A stretch of 64,000 nt of DNA. Origin: a bacterium. Its GTDB lineage: Bacteria > UBA8248. The DNA is taken from contig CBDBBI010000010.1 in NCBI GenBank assembly GCA_965202625.1, positions 1,824,001 through 1,888,000 of the forward strand, written 5' to 3'. Below the pieces are notes generated by a model, which saw only the letters and a list, made by a program, of their open reading frames with translations, searched no databases and was not told the DNA's origin. Shown here one piece after another: positions 63,100 through 64,000 of this stretch (positions are counted from its first letter, which is position 1; each line of letters opens with the position of its first letter). A program made the translations under genes and the position numbers.

Positions 63100-64000
63100 A
63101 CGAAAAGCGAAAAACAAACGTGAAGCCGGGGCCTCGCATCGTCGCCATCATCGTCCTGTTCCTGATGCCGGCACTCGCTTGGCCCGCACCAAAGGCGCGT
63201 CCAGCGAAACCGCCGCCCGGAGAGAGTGCCACGCTTCCGGTGCTGCCCTCCAGAGTCAAGAAACTCCTGGCGGCCAAGCGATACCAGGAGCTCATCCGGA
63301 CGCTACGTCGGGAAAAGGGGAGCTTGGGCGGCAGGCGTTCTTTCCTTCTAGGACACGCTTACCTGCAACTTAAGCGGTTTCGTCCGGCGGTCGCGCAATT
63401 CGAAAAGGCGCTCAGGGAGAGTCCCGCTCTTGAACGCCACGCCTCGCTGTTTCTGGCAAAAGCCGCTCTGGGAGCCGGGTGGAACGGGGTCGCCCGCCGC
63501 GCACTCGAAGGATTGCTCAAAAAAAAGGAGCGCCCTCCGGAGACTCCTTTCGTCTACTCCGCGCTCATACGCATTCACCGGAAGGAGAAGCGGCCGTTGA
63601 ACGCGGCGAAGCTTGCAAGGCGCTATGTCCACTCGTATCCGAGGAGCCGAGAGGTGCCGTATTTTCTGCTGAGGCAGGCGGAGGCGCTCCTCGCCGCCCG
63701 ACAAGACCGAAAGGCCGCACTCCTCCTGCGGGAGTTATGGTTGCGCCATCCGGAGCGCCTTGAAGCGGATCGCGCCCAAAGGCTCGCGGCAAAAATCGCC
63801 GCCACTCTCACACCGCCTCTCAAGAAACCCGGTCCCAAAGCTCACTACGAGCGGGCCCGACTCTTAAGAAAACGCTATCATTTCAATAAAGCACTGAAGA
63901 GCTTTGCGGATTTGAAGCGCCTGTTTCCAAAATCCCCCTACCACAAGGGCATCACGCTACACGAGGCGCTCACCCTTTTCTCCCTGCGTAAGACGAAGCA
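63096..64000 (+). CDS. Exported TPR-repeat protein (partial; possibly the N-terminus of a soluble lytic transglycosylase)
   Basis: ATGA overlap with the M20 gene; signal peptide (IVAIIVLFLMPALAWPA); TPR-like helices; appears open to the window end. Confidence 0.65.
   Translation, partial: MNEKRKTNVKPGPRIVAIIVLFLMPALAWPAPKARPAKPPPGESATLPVLPSRVKKLLAAKRYQELIRTLRREKGSLGGRRSFLLGHAYLQLKRFRPAVAQFEKALRESPALERHASLFLAKAALGAGWNGVARRALEGLLKKKERPPETPFVYSALIRIHRKEKRPLNAAKLARRYVHSYPRSREVPYFLLRQAEALLAARQDRKAALLLRELWLRHPERLEADRAQRLAAKIAATLTPPLKKPGPKAHYERARLLRKRYHFNKALKSFADLKRLFPKSPYHKGITLHEALTLFSLRKTK

Overview
GC-rich bacterial chromosomal window from a diderm (complete tolQRAB-pal-cpoB operon). The gene mix suggests a Nitrospinota/Tectomicrobia/deltaproteobacteria-like, possibly host-associated lineage; this is inference only. 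Intact housekeeping and metabolic genes: thrB (partial), pncA, lexA-dinB, uvrA, ggt, an Xdh-family Mo subunit, a PAC2 protein, two LLM monooxygenases, a cyclophilin, glyA, a four-gene tungsten AOR cluster, two CNNM/CorC genes, galU, ligA, tol-pal and an M20 amidohydrolase. About nine decaying pseudogenes lie between them: MmgE/PrpD, Type III R-M res and mod, enoyl-CoA hydratase, a histidine kinase, two EamA, LOG and an ExoIII-like EEP. Two AT-rich insertions stand out. (1) 27.7-29.7 kb: a two-gene module pairing a YwgA/Panacea-like winged-helix protein with a SAMHD1-like HD dNTPase, a candidate anti-phage or toxin-antitoxin system. (2) 40605-44014: a complete IS1595-family transporter IS with 23-bp TIRs and a perfect 8-bp TSD. 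It carries four passenger genes, an unannotated 58-aa ORF, a TIR-like operator inside a consensus transposase promoter, and a strongly structured ~160-nt RNA that I could not assign to a known family. Also notable: an intact but catalytically degenerate histidine-kinase-like ORF, an exported DUF151-PDZ fusion, and a possible riboswitch-like leader on an EamA gene. No rRNA, tRNA or CRISPR array was seen.
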